A stretch of DNA of 64,000 bases, taken from IMG/VR virus record IMGVR_UViG_3300029914_000004. One strand, written 5' to 3'. Below, piece by piece: positions 45,063 through 54,160 of this stretch. The position numbers and the translations under genes were made by a program. How positions within the stretch are numbered: the first letter of the stretch is position 1; the number at the start of each line of letters is the position of its first letter. Under the pieces are notes generated by a model. That model had not been told where the DNA came from and searched no databases. It saw nothing but the letters and a program-made list of their open reading frames with translations. This DNA comes from a virus (Duplodnaviria; Heunggongvirae; Uroviricota; Caudoviricetes).

Positions 45063-46142
45063 ATGGCTACAGTAACAATCATGAATGGCTCGTGTAAAGG
45101 TCAACGAATCAAGAACCAAACTTTCCGTCTCATTCAAGGCTTTAAAATTGAGCACGGAATTGGTTTCGTAACTGTTGATGGCACATCACTTACTGGTCGG
45201 ACTGCCGCTCGTGTCAAAGTTGGTCGTAATGATTTTGTGGTAAATGGAGAAGCATCTGGAAAGCGCGGCCGCAAGCCAAATGCAGTGAATGCAACAACTG
45301 GCAGCGTATCTATTGTTGATCGCCAGCTTGAAATTGAGCCTGAGCCAGAATCCACTGAGACTGATGAAGAAATTTTGACTCGCATCAGCAAACGTTTTGA
45401 TATTCTCAACAAGATGACTCTTGGCGCACGTAATGGAGATATTCGCGCTCTCTTTGTTGTTGGCGCTCCTGGTGTTGGCAAAACGTACGGAGTCGAAAAG
45501 ACTCTTGAAGACGCTGGCTTGATCGAAACATTTTCTGGAGAATCAAAAAAGTTTCAAATTATTTCTGGCGCAGCTAGTGCAGTTGGGTTGTATATGAAGC
45601 TTTATGAATTCCGTGAAGATAACAACGTTCTTGTTTTTGACGATTGTGATTCTATTTTCACAGACGAATTAATGCTGAATCTTATGAAAGCTGCTTTGGA
45701 CACCTCTGCAAAGCGCATGATTCACTGGAATGTGGATTCAGTTTCTCTTCGCCGTGGCGATGTGCCGAATTCATTTGAATTCAAAGGAAGCGTGATCTTC
45801 ATTTCAAACGTTAACTTCCGCAAGATTCGCTCTGAACGTATGCGCGGCCACATCACTGCCCTTGCTTCGAGAAGTCATTTTTTGGACTTGACTATCAGTA
45901 CTGACCGCGAAAAGCTGCTTCGTATTGAAGACTTGGTTACTAACAAAGGAATGCTGAAGCAGTTTAAGCTTTCTGATAAAACTTCAGCAAAAGTTATGAA
46001 GTTCATTCGTGATCATGCCGCTGAGTTCAACGAATTATCTCTTCGCACCGTAATTAAACTTTCTGGATTAGCCCGAACTTTTGAAGATAATGACGAGTGG
46101 ATGGATGTTGCTCGTATGAGTCTTATGGGAAATATAATCTAA
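45063..46142 (+). CDS. P-loop (AAA-type) ATPase, GC-richer cassette
   Basis: Walker A VVGAPGVGKTYG; Walker B VLVFDDCD; about 45% GC; in the frame of ORF 45012..46142. Confidence 0.55.
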   Translation: MATVTIMNGSCKGQRIKNQTFRLIQGFKIEHGIGFVTVDGTSLTGRTAARVKVGRNDFVVNGEASGKRGRKPNAVNATTGSVSIVDRQLEIEPEPESTETDEEILTRISKRFDILNKMTLGARNGDIRALFVVGAPGVGKTYGVEKTLEDAGLIETFSGESKKFQIISGAASAVGLYMKLYEFREDNNVLVFDDCDSIFTDELMLNLMKAALDTSAKRMIHWNVDSVSLRRGDVPNSFEFKGSVIFISNVNFRKIRSERMRGHITALASRSHFLDLTISTDREKLLRIEDLVTNKGMLKQFKLSDKTSAKVMKFIRDHAAEFNELSLRTVIKLSGLARTFEDNDEWMDVARMSLMGNII

Positions 46143-46155
46143 AAACAAAAACAAA

Positions 46156-46185
46156 AAAGCAGAGATAAAAGTCTCTGCTTTTTGT
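46156..46185 (+). terminator. rho-independent terminator
   Basis: GCAGAGA-TAAAAG-TCTCTGC followed by TTTTT. Confidence 0.7.
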
Positions 46186-46266
46186 GCATAGTATGTTGCA
46201 CACTTCATTATTTATTCTAACAAATATAAATTTGACTTTATTTTTGATATCTGATACACTAATTTA

Positions 46267-46569
46267 GTGATGAATAAAAATAAATCCGATATCAGTTTTA
46301 CAAATTCTTGGCTCTTAACAAAAGATGATGAAGTCGTACATCTTTTGTTTTTTAGGGCAGAAGATGGAGTAAATTGGTATGGAACATTTTCTGGAAAACC
46401 AGAAAATTTATCATTTGAATTAGACAACGGCGGCAATGGATTAAAACTGAGAGAAAGAATTATAAAATATGAAGAGCAAGGATTCAAGAGAAGTGTGAAA
46501 TCTGTTCCCCAAAAATTAATCCTAAGAGCAAATATCGATTTACAAATTTACATAAAGCTGCTGTCATGA
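46267..46569 (+). CDS. small protein, EKLSE-family variant (C-terminus IKLLS)
   Basis: 100 aa. Confidence 0.45.
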   Translation: MMNKNKSDISFTNSWLLTKDDEVVHLLFFRAEDGVNWYGTFSGKPENLSFELDNGGNGLKLRERIIKYEEQGFKRSVKSVPQKLILRANIDLQIYIKLLS

Positions 46570-46847
46570 ATAAAAAATTAATTTCACATTATGATCAAAA
46601 AATGATCAACAAGCATGAGAAGTTAAATGCTTTGCAGAATTATATATTTGTAACGAACAATGATAAACAAAAATCATGTGACGAACTTATGTTGGAAGAA
46701 TTTGATCAGAAAAATTATGATATCATTTACATAAATAATCCAATAAAAGAATTACAACTCGCAGCTATTCAAAAAGATGTTTATGCAATTAACTATATTA
46801 GAAAACCATGCAAAGAAGCGAAACTATTAGCGAAGATAATGTCATGA
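46566..46847 (+). CDS. small protein with a DUF4116-like repeat fragment (LQLAAIQKDVYAINYIRKP) and C-terminus AKIMS
   Basis: 93 aa; ATGA-coupled. Confidence 0.45.
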   Translation: MNKKLISHYDQKMINKHEKLNALQNYIFVTNNDKQKSCDELMLEEFDQKNYDIIYINNPIKELQLAAIQKDVYAINYIRKPCKEAKLLAKIMS

Positions 46848-47041
46848 ATGAAAAAATAAAAGTGCTAAAAATATTTCCTGAAGCAAATGAGTATTTTTAT
46901 AAACATAATAATAGAAATTATATTCTATCTGATCTATCTTCTGATTGTATGATTTTGGGGTCTGCGTCAGATACAGAAAACGCTCGGATAGATGCTTATA
47001 AGCAAATGCTCGTTAATCTTGAAGGGAAATTAACACAATGA
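46844..47041 (+). CDS. small protein of the array
   Basis: ATGA-coupled; MNEKIKVLKIFPEANEYFYK. Confidence 0.4.
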   Translation: MNEKIKVLKIFPEANEYFYKHNNRNYILSDLSSDCMILGSASDTENARIDAYKQMLVNLEGKLTQ

Positions 47042-47247
47042 CAGAAGAAGCAAATCACGCAAAACAAAAAGTTTTGGAATATTATCCAGATGCCATAGAA
47101 CATATTTGGGATGGTGCTGGGAATCCAGACGTGTATATTAGTACAAAATTTTGTCCAATTAGTTATTGGAATACTTCAGAAGAAAAAGCATGGATAGATG
47201 CTTGGTATGCAATTCAACAAAAAATAATAGAGAAATTATCTAAATGA
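47038..47247 (+). CDS. EKLSE-family small protein (..AWIDAWYAIQQKIIEKLSK)
   Basis: ATGA-coupled; conserved core KQKVLEYYPDA. Confidence 0.5.
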   Translation: MTEEANHAKQKVLEYYPDAIEHIWDGAGNPDVYISTKFCPISYWNTSEEKAWIDAWYAIQQKIIEKLSK

Positions 47248-47450
47248 CTTCTGCATATTACAAAGAGCAAGTGCTAAAAATTTATCCAAACGCTAAAGCT
47301 TATGTAGGAAATAAAAATTCTGCTCAAGTTCTCATCTTTGATCAAGATAAAAATCCCCAAAATGGTTTGTGGACGTATTGCCCAGAATCAATATGGGAGG
47401 AAGGATGGAAATATATTCAAGAAAAAATTATGGAGAAATTATCTGAATGA
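47244..47450 (+). CDS. EKLSE-family small protein (..WKYIQEKIMEKLSE)
   Basis: ATGA-coupled. Confidence 0.5.
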   Translation: MTSAYYKEQVLKIYPNAKAYVGNKNSAQVLIFDQDKNPQNGLWTYCPESIWEEGWKYIQEKIMEKLSE

Positions 47451-47671
47451 TTTCAGAAGCAGAAGAAGCAAAACAAAAAGTTCTCAAAATATATCCTGAT
47501 GCACATGAATATAGATACTATGTAGCAATGGATAAATTGTCAGAAGACGTTTTAATTACATGTTATCTAAACAAATCTCTTGAAGGAAGATGGCAACCCA
47601 ATTCTGAAAGGGCATGGATAGATACATGGAAAAGAATACAAGAAAAATTAATAAAGAAATTAGAGGAATAA
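47447..47671 (+). CDS. EKLSE-family small protein (..AWIDTWKRIQEKLIKKLEE)
   Basis: ATGA-coupled. Confidence 0.5.
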   Translation: MISEAEEAKQKVLKIYPDAHEYRYYVAMDKLSEDVLITCYLNKSLEGRWQPNSERAWIDTWKRIQEKLIKKLEE

Positions 47672-48187
47672 ATGAATACTTGGATATCGTCAGATGCACA
47701 CATGTCACATTTTAGAATATGTGAATATTGTTCTCGTCCATTTCACGAAATAAATGAAATGAACGAATTTTTAATCAACGAATGGAATAGTGTAGTCGAA
47801 CCTGAAGATCATGTTTATTATTTGGGTGATTTTGGTTTGGCTGGCCCCGAAAAATTAATGCCATATCGAGAAAGAATGAATGGAATTTGGAAACTATTTT
47901 TAGCAGGGAATCACGATAGAAATTCAATGGTTAAAATTCCGTCACTAGCAGAAACTATAATTAAATATTCGCCAACAAAACGATATGAAATTGAACTTGA
48001 AGGAATTCCATTTGTCATGAGTCATTGTCCAATTCCAAGAGATATCAAAGATGATAGAGTTTACTTATTTGGGCATACACATTCAACAATTGCAAAAGAA
48101 AATTCAAAAGTAAATAATATTAATATTGGCGTAGACGCTTGGAATTATAGTCCTGTTTCTATCACACAGTTAAAGGAAATTATTTAA
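47672..48187 (+). CDS. calcineurin-like metallophosphoesterase
   Basis: YYLGDFG, GNHDRN and FGHTH motifs. Confidence 0.6.
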   Translation: MNTWISSDAHMSHFRICEYCSRPFHEINEMNEFLINEWNSVVEPEDHVYYLGDFGLAGPEKLMPYRERMNGIWKLFLAGNHDRNSMVKIPSLAETIIKYSPTKRYEIELEGIPFVMSHCPIPRDIKDDRVYLFGHTHSTIAKENSKVNNINIGVDAWNYSPVSITQLKEII

Positions 48188-48209
48188 GATTGCATAAATT
48201 CAGGAAATA

Positions 48210-48240
48210 AAAAAGCTGACCAAATTTGGTCAGCTTTTTT
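48210..48240. terminator. bidirectional rho-independent terminator
   Basis: AAAAAGCTGACCA-AATT-TGGTCAGCTTTTTT. Confidence 0.8.
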
Positions 48241-48871
48241 ATGCGCCTTCATCAACTTTAAAAAAATTTGAAACTATATCAACATAATATCGACTAATAG
48301 CAAAATATTTTCCATGAATAGAAATTTCATTTCCTGATTCTAAAGCAGCAACCATATTTTCATTTTGAAATTCCCACTTATTCACAAATTCTTCTGCTCC
48401 CCACTCAGCTACTTTTTCTTTATTTGCCCTTATTTTGGCAGCATGAGAAGCATCCCATATATCCAATGATCTTGACAATATTTCATTACTTCCCACATCG
48501 GATATTAATTTGCTCCAAGTAAAATCAAATCCATTAATTGGAAATATTATATAAGGTCTGCCGAATCTTGAGATTTCAGCCAATGTGGATGAGCAAGATG
48601 CACTATTAGATCGCACAGCTTCATATCCAGACAAAGACAAAAGCAAATCCAATATACGCTGTTCATGAAAAGTTTGTCCTTTTGGCAATCTATTTTCTGG
48701 AGAATTAGCCATAAAAATTGGAGAAGGAGTAATTGAATAATCAACTCCGCGATATAAAAACATCTGTGCTTTTTTCATATCAGAAACAAATTGAGAACAT
48801 TGAACGATTATCTTTCGACAACAAGCAATGACATCTTTTTCTGATAATTCTTTTATCTCATTAATTCTCAT
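48239..48871 (-). CDS. FLYRG/FPINGFD-family protein (paralog 1); possible ADP-ribosyltransferase fold
   Basis: Shared blocks FLYRG, R.NS..C(S/T)S, IFPINGFD(F/Y).W, EISIHG with 48932 and 50310. Confidence 0.35.
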   Translation of the reverse strand: MRINEIKELSEKDVIACCRKIIVQCSQFVSDMKKAQMFLYRGVDYSITPSPIFMANSPENRLPKGQTFHEQRILDLLLSLSGYEAVRSNSASCSSTLAEISRFGRPYIIFPINGFDFTWSKLISDVGSNEILSRSLDIWDASHAAKIRANKEKVAEWGAEEFVNKWEFQNENMVAALESGNEISIHGKYFAISRYYVDIVSNFFKVDEGA

Positions 48872-48931
48872 ATTAGTATTTATTGCTTTTGAATAAATAC
48901 TAATATAGCAATTGTAAATTTTTGGAGGAAA

Positions 48932-49606
48932 ATGAATTTAACTGAATTGTTTGAACCAACTGATCTTCCACATAACAATGTTGTAGAATTTGTTCAAGAA
49001 AAATGCTCTAATATAATTGACACATATAACGACACTGAAAGATTATTATATCGTGGATTTAAAATTCCAATTGAAAAAGATGTTTTTATTTCAGAATCTC
49101 CAATAAAAAGAAAGCCAATAGACTCTTCAGAAATAGCATCTAAAATATTTGATATGGCATTGAAGCAAGATGGCATAAGAGCGTTGAGAAGTAATAGTAT
49201 CTTTACAGTTGCTCATTTAGTGAGAGCAAATTCATACACCAGAGACACAAATCAAATTTTCGCCATATTTCCAATTAATGGATTTGATTATTGTTGGTCT
49301 GCATCAGAAGATGATATGGTAATAACAAATAATAGAATGCTAATATCATTGAAAATTGATTTCAATATAGATCCTACTATGACTGGCGGTAAAATGCGTG
49401 ATGCTGCTGGGAAAAAATTAAAAAACGAAATTATTGAAAATAATAAAATAAAAGATGAATATTTGCAAAAAATACTTGATCGCTACGAACCTAGAAATTT
49501 TGATATCAAGACAGCAATTATGAAAAAGCATGAAGTTTGGATTCACGGATCATATGTTGCAATTAGACAAACTGAAGGAAAATTAATTTATCAAATTTTA
49601 GCATAA
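48932..49606 (+). CDS. FLYRG/FPINGFD-family protein (paralog 2)
   Basis: LLYRG, LRSNSIFTVAH, IFPINGFDYCWS, EVWIHGSY. Confidence 0.35.
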   Translation: MNLTELFEPTDLPHNNVVEFVQEKCSNIIDTYNDTERLLYRGFKIPIEKDVFISESPIKRKPIDSSEIASKIFDMALKQDGIRALRSNSIFTVAHLVRANSYTRDTNQIFAIFPINGFDYCWSASEDDMVITNNRMLISLKIDFNIDPTMTGGKMRDAAGKKLKNEIIENNKIKDEYLQKILDRYEPRNFDIKTAIMKKHEVWIHGSYVAIRQTEGKLIYQILA

Positions 49607-50301
49607 CGCCTTCCTAATCCATCATACTGTTTATTGGAAATACCTTTGAGAATAGCTTGTGCTTCTGGACTTGCAGGAGTTAATAAAAATTTATTTAATT
49701 TCTTTCTGGCCACTTCAAAATCTGGAGCAAGTAAATTAAAATCATCATTTCTTACTAATGCAAAATTTCTTTCTTCAAACATAGATGAATATTGCTTTAA
49801 ATTATTTTTAACTGAAGAATATGCTGTATTAAAATAATCCATATCTACTTGTCTATTTTTATCTTCTGGACTTGTAGTAGTCATTTGCCTAGATAAAATC
49901 CTTTCTTTTGCTATTTTTTCATCTACATCTACATACAGCATAAAAGTATTATAATAAGATGATTTCAAGTTTTCATTTAATTTTGAAATTGTATTTAAAT
50001 TTCTTCCAGTAGTATTGAGTACCAATCCCAAATAATCATTTCTCCATACATGAAATCTTCTTTCAGTGGTGGCACCAGCATGTGGGTAATCTTGATTATT
50101 CATTGATGGTCGAATATTTTTCAATCGTAGCATAGTGCTATCAGCATTCAAAGATTTTAAGCCACGAGCTTCAAGTCCCAAATTTCTTTCTATAGTTGAT
50201 TTTCCGCTACCCGGAGCGCCGACGACAAAAATAGCCTTGAAAACGTATGGATCATGAACGCCTTCATCTAATACGTCGAATTTTATTTCTTCTGGATTCA
50301 T
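49591..50301 (-). CDS. P-loop nucleotide/nucleoside kinase-like protein
   Basis: Walker A VVGAPGSGKST near the N-terminus; 236 aa. Confidence 0.45.
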   Translation of the reverse strand: MNPEEIKFDVLDEGVHDPYVFKAIFVVGAPGSGKSTIERNLGLEARGLKSLNADSTMLRLKNIRPSMNNQDYPHAGATTERRFHVWRNDYLGLVLNTTGRNLNTISKLNENLKSSYYNTFMLYVDVDEKIAKERILSRQMTTTSPEDKNRQVDMDYFNTAYSSVKNNLKQYSSMFEERNFALVRNDDFNLLAPDFEVARKKLNKFLLTPASPEAQAILKGISNKQYDGLGRRYAKI

Positions 50302-50309
50302 ATTTGTAT

Positions 50310-50990
50310 TTATTCCGTAAATGCTTTCATTAATATTTTTGATCCCATTATTTCATCACGTTGAATTCCAACATATTGACCATGAATTGAAATTTCTGTT
50401 TCTGCTGACATAGCTTCTACAAAATCTTCATTTGTAAATCCCCATTTTTCCACAAAAGCTCTAGCTGTTTGTTTGTTTAATGGAGTTTGAATTCTTCCAC
50501 TCTCTTTAGTAAAGTCCATAAGCGATCTTTCCAAAGAAAAATCTCCGCCAATATCATGTATATTTTCGCACCACATATAATCAAAACCATTGATTGGAAA
50601 TATAATATGCAAATTTCCCCATTTTGAGGCATTTTTTATATCTGAAGTGCATGGGACAGAATTAATACGCAAAGCCTTAAATCCAACTAGTTTGAATATT
50701 CTATCCAAAATATGTTGTGCTTTAGTACTCTGCCCTATAGGAACTCTATGTAATGGAGTGGTAGCCAAGTATACTACTGGAACTTTTTCTAGTTTATCAA
50801 TACCTCTATACAAGAAATTTCCAGTTCTTCTCATTTCTCTTAAAAATTTAGAACAATTCTTTTCTATGAACTTAACGATTTTTTCATCTTTTTCTTCTTC
50901 GTGATTATTAAATCCGCCATAGCCAGCTGACCAAACATCAAGCTTGTCCTTCTTCATATCAATTTGTTTCATTAGTTCATTTAGGCGCAT
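50310..50990 (-). CDS. FLYRG/FPINGFD-family protein (paralog 3)
   Basis: FLYRG, LRINSVPCTSD, IFPINGFDYMWC, ETEISIHG. Confidence 0.35.
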   Translation of the reverse strand: MRLNELMKQIDMKKDKLDVWSAGYGGFNNHEEEKDEKIVKFIEKNCSKFLREMRRTGNFLYRGIDKLEKVPVVYLATTPLHRVPIGQSTKAQHILDRIFKLVGFKALRINSVPCTSDIKNASKWGNLHIIFPINGFDYMWCENIHDIGGDFSLERSLMDFTKESGRIQTPLNKQTARAFVEKWGFTNEDFVEAMSAETEISIHGQYVGIQRDEIMGSKILMKAFTE

Positions 50991-51040
50991 ATATGTATTT
51001 ATTGCTTGACATTAATTATTGAAATGTATATAATCATAAT

Positions 51041-51586
51041 ATGATTACTTCATCAAAAATGATAGATATCGAAACACTTTCTACTCAACCAAATGCTGCA
51101 ATTCTTTCTATTTCAGCAGTTGCTTTTGATCCATTTGAAATAACCACTGACTTTTCTTTAAATCCTAAATTTGATGTGTTAATTGATTTAGAAAGTCAAC
51201 CAAATAGAGAAATTTCTGAAGAGACACTTGAATGGTGGAGCAAGCAATCTCCTTTAACAAGAGATAAAATATTTGGAGATGAAAATAGAATTTCTCTTAA
51301 AGAAGCACTTGAACAATTAACTAAATTTGTTTGGAATACGACCAATAAGATTTGGGTTCAAGGAGTTTCTTTGGATATACCTGTTCTTGACCATGCATTT
51401 CATGAACAAAATATATCAGTTCCATGGGGATATCATCAAATTAGAGATTCTCGTACTTTACTTGATCTAGTATTTGTCGAGCAGCCATCAGTGTCTCATG
51501 ATAGTATTGATGATTGCTATCGTCAAATCATAGGAGTACAAAGAGCATTACAAAAACTTGGAATTACACAATTTGTAAGGAAATAA
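51041..51586 (+). CDS. DEDDh 3'-5' exonuclease
   Basis: Motif I MIDIETL; motif III SHDSIDD. Confidence 0.5.
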   Translation: MITSSKMIDIETLSTQPNAAILSISAVAFDPFEITTDFSLNPKFDVLIDLESQPNREISEETLEWWSKQSPLTRDKIFGDENRISLKEALEQLTKFVWNTTNKIWVQGVSLDIPVLDHAFHEQNISVPWGYHQIRDSRTLLDLVFVEQPSVSHDSIDDCYRQIIGVQRALQKLGITQFVRK

Positions 51587-51613
51587 AAACGGAGCCAATT
51601 GGCTCCGTTTTAT
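51584..51613. terminator. bidirectional rho-independent terminator
   Basis: AAAAACGGAGCC-AATT-GGCTCCGTTTTAT. Confidence 0.8.
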
Positions 51614-51978
51614 GCTTGTTTTATTTCAAATTTAAATCTCTGGAAAACTTCAGGAAAATGTTCTTTCGATATTTTTAACATTTCTGCAAAATCAAAAGTC
51701 CCTTCTGCTAGAAAATTGCTATTACTTTTATGTCTAGAATCAATGCTTCTATCCCAAAATGATAATACAGTCCACCCATCTTTCTGATGAATTGAAGAAA
51801 GTCCTTCAGTTTCATAACCAATAGTTTTTGGGCATAAACCTGAATCAATTTCATATCCCCATGGATTTTTATCTACAAATTCATGCTCTTCAGTCGAATA
51901 TCTTAATTTTCCATTAGCATCTGATGCTCTCATAAAATGGCCGTGATCTTTATAACATCCAAAATAAAATACTTTCAT
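51610..51978 (-). CDS. hypothetical protein
   Basis: 122-aa ORF. Confidence 0.45.
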   Translation of the reverse strand: MKVFYFGCYKDHGHFMRASDANGKLRYSTEEHEFVDKNPWGYEIDSGLCPKTIGYETEGLSSIHQKDGWTVLSFWDRSIDSRHKSNSNFLAEGTFDFAEMLKISKEHFPEVFQRFKFEIKQA

Positions 51979-52469
51979 TGTCTCTTTTCCTTTGTTTCAG
52001 AAATTATAATGGGAATTATTTCTAAATTTTCATTATAGAAAATAATTCCATATTGGCATCCATTCTTTACTTTATTAAGCTGCATTATTCCCATAATTTT
52101 TCCTGATAACAATTCATGTTGATATTTATTAACATCAGCTAAATCATTAATGCTTCTATCTAAAAATTCTTTGGCATCCCAATTACTATATTTCAGTGGG
52201 CCGCCAGGATGAGTATGAATATTTCCAAAATATTTATAAGGAGATCCTTCTTCCAATTCAATTTCTGGGCATTCATAGGATATGGATATTTCCTCTTTAT
52301 TATTAATTCTTTTTGATACACTCATATCATAAAAAGCACATATATTTAAACGATTTCCTATTTGTTTTCCCAGCACTGCTTGAATATGTTCTTTTGGATA
52401 AAAGTTTAACGCCGCTTTTTTAAATTTATCTATGATTGATTTATGGATAACTATTTCGGTTATTGGCAT
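51975..52469 (-). CDS. JAB/MPN+ (JAMM) metalloprotease-domain protein
   Basis: E...HTHPGGPLKYSNWD (H-x-H-x7-S-x2-D). Confidence 0.55.
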   Translation of the reverse strand: MPITEIVIHKSIIDKFKKAALNFYPKEHIQAVLGKQIGNRLNICAFYDMSVSKRINNKEEISISYECPEIELEEGSPYKYFGNIHTHPGGPLKYSNWDAKEFLDRSINDLADVNKYQHELLSGKIMGIMQLNKVKNGCQYGIIFYNENLEIIPIIISETKEKRQ

Positions 52470-52480
52470 AATCCTCTACA

Positions 52481-52927
52481 TTACTTTTTCCATTCAATTC
52501 CATCTTCATCATAATAATATCCTGATGCATAACTATTTATAGAAAAACCAAAAGACTTTAATAATTTTTGACTTGGATAATTTGTCATTCGTGTATGAGC
52601 AAATAATGTAGTTATTCCCATTTTAGTTAAATCTTCTATATTGTAAGTTAACAATTTTTTTGCATTTCCTTTTCCTTGATACTTTGAGAGTATAGCAATA
52701 CTTGCCAAATATGCTATTCCAGAAATTCTATTTATATCCCAAACAATATAACCTATAATTTTATTATTTTCAGACATAAAATATACTTCAATGGTATCTG
52801 AAAAATAAGATAACCAATCTTTTTTGGACCATGCATCCTTCAAAAAACAAACCTTATCCAATTTGGCTAAGGTTTTTGCTGTTTTTTCGTTAAGCAGAGG
52901 CGAGGAAATCATTTTTCTCCTTAACAA
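52481..52927 (-). CDS. GNAT family N-acetyltransferase
   Basis: YQGKGNAKKLL (Q/R-x-x-G-x-G/A acetyl-CoA motif); 148 aa. Confidence 0.6.
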   Translation of the reverse strand: MLRRKMISSPLLNEKTAKTLAKLDKVCFLKDAWSKKDWLSYFSDTIEVYFMSENNKIIGYIVWDINRISGIAYLASIAILSKYQGKGNAKKLLTYNIEDLTKMGITTLFAHTRMTNYPSQKLLKSFGFSINSYASGYYYDEDGIEWKK

Positions 52928-53180
52928 GATTCATAGCCATATCTAATTGTTTTGGATACTGCACATAAAAACTATTAAATAAATTATCATAATTTGGTTC
53001 AGTTACAACTTTTCCATCTTGTTGATAATCTCTGCACTTTACTACTTCTTTCTTCTTCAAATCTAGAATTAAATTTGCTCGTTTGAGATCAGTTAAACGC
53101 ATATTGCGAACTATTGCAACACTCTCTTCTTTCAATTCGCTATTATAACTTCTCTTTAAATATGTAGCAGTTAAAAACAT
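52890..53180 (-). CDS. hypothetical protein (positionally equivalent to a clamp-loader small subunit)
   Basis: 96 aa, directly downstream of the gp44-like gene. Confidence 0.3.
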   Translation of the reverse strand: MFLTATYLKRSYNSELKEESVAIVRNMRLTDLKRANLILDLKKKEVVKCRDYQQDGKVVTEPNYDNLFNSFYVQYPKQLDMAMNLVKEKNDFLASA

Positions 53181-53190
53181 TTGTTTCTCC

Positions 53191-54129
53191 TTATTGATTA
53201 TCTTTTTGAAATAATTCTATTAATACTGCTGAAATTAATATTTCAGCATCAGCGACGAGTGGAATCTGAACTAAACCTTTCCTAATTTTTAGAATTGCAG
53301 AATCTTTTTCTTGATCAGTTGTCCCAAATAAATCTAAATTATCGTATAAAAATCTAAAAAAATCTTCTAATTCTTCTACTCGTATTTGATTACAAATCAA
53401 TTGCCTTGCTTCTCTAATTTTTCCTGCTTTAAATAATTCTATTGCGTCAATTTTATAATCTTTAGTATTAGTACTACTGTCATCGTCTGCTATAAGTTTA
53501 TTATTGATACTATTTAATTGGCAAGTCCCAATGGCTTTTCTCATGTCGGGCCAATATTTTTTAACATAATCATCTAGAACATCTAATTCAAATTCAACAT
53601 TCTCATTCATCAAAATTTCAGCTATTTTTACAGTGAATTCTGTAACATCCATCTTATTAATTTTTAATGATTGTGTTCTTGAATGAATTGCTGGAAGAAT
53701 TTTATGGGGATAATTACACGTTAAAATGAATCTACTCGTAGAAGAATATTGTTCCATGATTCCACGCAAAGCTGGCTGAGCATAAAGCTGATTCAACCCA
53801 TCTGCCTCATCCAAAACAACAATTCTCATTTTTCCAAAAGGAATTGTACTTACAAATGAAGTGATTCTATCTCTCATGGTATCAATATTTCTTTCTCGAC
53901 TTGCATTGATCCATAATACATCATAAGGATCAATATTCAATTCGTTAATGAGAACATAAGCAATTGTACTTTTTCCAGTTCCAGCAGGACCGCTCGCCAA
54001 AATATGCGGAATATCTTGGTCTTTGACCCATTTTTCTATTTGTAATTTTTGTTGCGCATTACTGAAAACATATTCAGATAATGTTTTCGGCCTATATTTC
54101 TCAACCCACAAACTATTTTCAATATTCAT
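53191..54129 (-). CDS. sliding-clamp loader large subunit (T4 gp44/RFC-like AAA+)
   Basis: Walker A ASGPAGTGKST; DEAD-box-like VVLDEADGL; SRC-like motif HSRT. Confidence 0.75.
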   Translation of the reverse strand: MNIENSLWVEKYRPKTLSEYVFSNAQQKLQIEKWVKDQDIPHILASGPAGTGKSTIAYVLINELNIDPYDVLWINASRERNIDTMRDRITSFVSTIPFGKMRIVVLDEADGLNQLYAQPALRGIMEQYSSTSRFILTCNYPHKILPAIHSRTQSLKINKMDVTEFTVKIAEILMNENVEFELDVLDDYVKKYWPDMRKAIGTCQLNSINNKLIADDDSSTNTKDYKIDAIELFKAGKIREARQLICNQIRVEELEDFFRFLYDNLDLFGTTDQEKDSAILKIRKGLVQIPLVADAEILISAVLIELFQKDNQ

Positions 54130-54160
54130 AATTAAATTGTATCAAAATGTTCAATACAAA

